Below are positions 61,949-64,000 of a stretch of DNA of 64,000 nt, piece after piece. The notes under the pieces were generated by a model that worked only from the letters and a program-made list of their open reading frames with translations, searched no databases and had not been told where the DNA came from. The DNA comes from the human T2T-CHM13v2.0 reference genome, Homo sapiens, in assembly GCF_009914755.1 (NCBI RefSeq), contig NC_060928.1. One strand, 5' to 3'. Every line of letters starts with the position of its first letter. Within the stretch, counting starts at the first letter, position 1. A program made the translations under genes and the position numbers.

Positions 61949-62963
61949 TGTAGGCAAAAGAAAGAGAGATCAGACTCGTACTGTGTCTACGTAGAAAGGA
62001 AAGACATAAGAGACTCCATTTTGAGAAAGACCTGTACTTTCAACAATTGCTTTGCTGAGATGTTGTTAATGTGTAGCTTTGCCCCAGCCACTTTGACCCA
62101 ACCTGAAGCTCACAAAAACATGAGTTGTATGAAATCAAGGTTTAAGGGATCTAGGGCTGTGCAGGACGTGCCTTGTTAACAAGATGTTTCCAAGCAGTAT
62201 ACTTGGTAAAAGTCATCGCCATTCTCTAGTCTCAATAAACCAGGGGCACAATACACTGTGGAAAGCCACAGGGAGCCCTGCCCTTGAAAGCAGCGTATTG
62301 TCCAGGGTTTCTCCCCATGTGATAGTCTGAACAGTGGCCTCGTGGGAGAAGAAAGACCTGAACGTCCCCGAGCCCGACACCAGTAAAGGGTCTGGCTGAG
62401 ATGGATTAGTCAAAGAGGAAAGCCTCTTGCAGTTGAGAGAGAGGAAGTCCACTGTCTCCTGCCTGCACATGGGAACTGAATGTCTCGGTTTAACACCCGA
62501 TTGTACATTTGTTCAATTCTGAGATGGGGGTAAAACCGCCCTATTGTGGGAGGTGAGACACGTTTTCAGCAATGCTGCCTTGTTATTCTTTACTCCACTG
62601 AGATGTTTGGGTGGAGAGAAACTTCAATCTGGCTTGCGTACGCGTCCAGTCATAGTACCTTCCCGTGAACTTCATTATGACATAGATTCTATTGCTCACA
62701 TGTTCGTTGCTGACCTTCTCCTTATTATCACCCTGCCCTCCTACTACATTCCTTTTTGCTAAAATAATAAAAATAATAATCAATAAAAACTGAGGGAACT
62801 CAGAGGTCTGTGTCAGTGCAGGTCCTTGGTATGCTGAGCGCCGGTCCTCTAGGCTCACTGTTGTTTCTCCATACTTTGTCTCTGTGTCTTATTTCTTTTC
62901 TCAGTCTCTCGTCCCACCTAACTAGAAATACCCTCAGGTGTGGAGGGACGGGCCACACCTTCA
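61949..62963 (+). mobile_element. HERV-K (HML-2) solo LTR, LTR5A-like
   Basis: TG(taggcaaaagaaagagagatcagact)...(ggccacacctt)CA; 6-bp TSD agtgag at 61943-61948 and 62964-62969; AATAAA ~62782. Confidence 0.93.
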
Positions 62964-63218
62964 AGTGAGTGTTGAGGGACGGTCGGGAGCCTTGTTTTGT
63001 TTCCTCCTCAGGACAAACAGCAGAGTGAGCTGGGCAGATCGGAGGAGACCAATGTGCAAACTATCCTCTCAGCAGTGTGGAGTTTCTGTTCCTGGTTGTG
63101 CTGGGGGTCTCAGAAATCTACTTCAAAATTTTGCTACCCTCCCCCACTGGTTGTCCTTTTCATAGACATCTCACCCACGATAGCAGGGAATGAGTCCCTC
63201 TAAACTATTCCCTCAGGA

Positions 63219-64000
63219 ATAGTGAGAGCCAGCCCCTCTTCCCACCCTGGATCTTAGGACCCCCATCGCAGGGTGGTGAGGGACCCCCCGCGATGCTTGG
63301 AGTAAGAGCCAGCCCCTCTTCCCCCTCTGGCTCTTAGGACCCCCATCGCAGGGGGGTGAGGCACCCCCCGCGATGCGGGGAGTAAGAGCCAGCCCCTCAT
63401 ACCCCCCGCCGGCTCTTAGGACCCACATCGCAGGGGGAGTGAGGCACCCCCCGCGATGCGGGGAGTAAGAGCCAGCCCCTCTTCCCCCCCTGGGTTTTAG
63501 GATCCGCAGTGGACTCACAGCCTGTTTATCACATTGTGAGTAATATCATCTCCCCTCTGGAAATTATGAACTATTTCACAGACAGGTGTACACCGTCTGT
63601 ATTGGTAACAATATCATCCTCGTTCTCCCTGAATATTAAGAACAGTATCACAGGGGTGTTTCTACTCCCTGCGATATTGGGTGTCATATCCTCCTCTCCC
63701 AAGTGGCAATTAGAGACAATATCAGTGGGGTCGTGTCCACCTTCTGTGATATTTAAAGTAAGATCATCCTCTTCCCTCCAGGATCATGGGAACAATATCC
63801 CTAGGGGGTGTCCACTTTCTGCGATATATGTAGTCATATCACCCCCTCCGCCTTGGAATATTACGAAGGACCATCTCACACGGGGGTGTACACTTCCTGC
63901 GATATTGGAAGTAATATCAACCTCTCTTCCTCTTAATATGAGGAAGAATATCACAGGGTGGGTGTACACCTCCTGCTCTATTATGGGGAGGCATATCTAT
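63219..64000. repeat. Second SATR-type satellite array (GC-rich 80-83 bp units, then AT-rich units), running off the window
   Basis: agtaagagcc recurs at 63301, 63381 and 63464; downstream sequence is colinear with 47550-48050. Confidence 0.92.

Noticed and set aside
61538-62179. 213-aa ORF
   Set aside because: Runs from low-complexity flank into the LTR5 U3; no recognisable domain.

Overview
Human (hominoid) genomic DNA, dominated by interspersed repeats and made of two fused blocks. Block 1 (1 to ~47,425) is a beta-defensin cluster on the + strand. It holds the last 25 codons of a DEFB108 paralog (1-75), a DEFB130 copy killed by two point mutations in exon 1 (ATG>ACG and donor GT>CT) despite an intact mature-peptide exon, and an intact two-exon DEFB131 whose 70-aa product matches DEFB131A as I recall it. 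Block 2 (~47,426 to end) is an olfactory-receptor-7E segmental-duplication module: a SATR-type ~75-80 bp satellite, an LTR-less ~4.1 kb HERV-E gag-pol fragment, more satellite, an OR7E pseudogene, L1/Alu and a solo LTR5A. A second copy of the module begins ~15.9 kb later. The gene order fits human 4p16.1; this is recalled, not searched. None of the defensin exons is called correctly in the supplied ORF track, and most listed ORFs are Alu, L1 or satellite read-throughs. I found no demonstrably new gene system. The most unusual signals are structural: (i) each satellite unit is a double hairpin whose stems co-vary between AT-rich and GC-rich variants; (ii) a Made1 palindrome with a compensatory pair upstream of DEFB131A; (iii) two inverted L1s around DEFB130 exon 1 that appear to share private mutations; (iv) CpG excess in old repeats of the OR7E module; (v) two tiny TSD-flanked retrocopies. 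Repeat subfamily names and most repeat boundaries were assigned by eye and are approximate.
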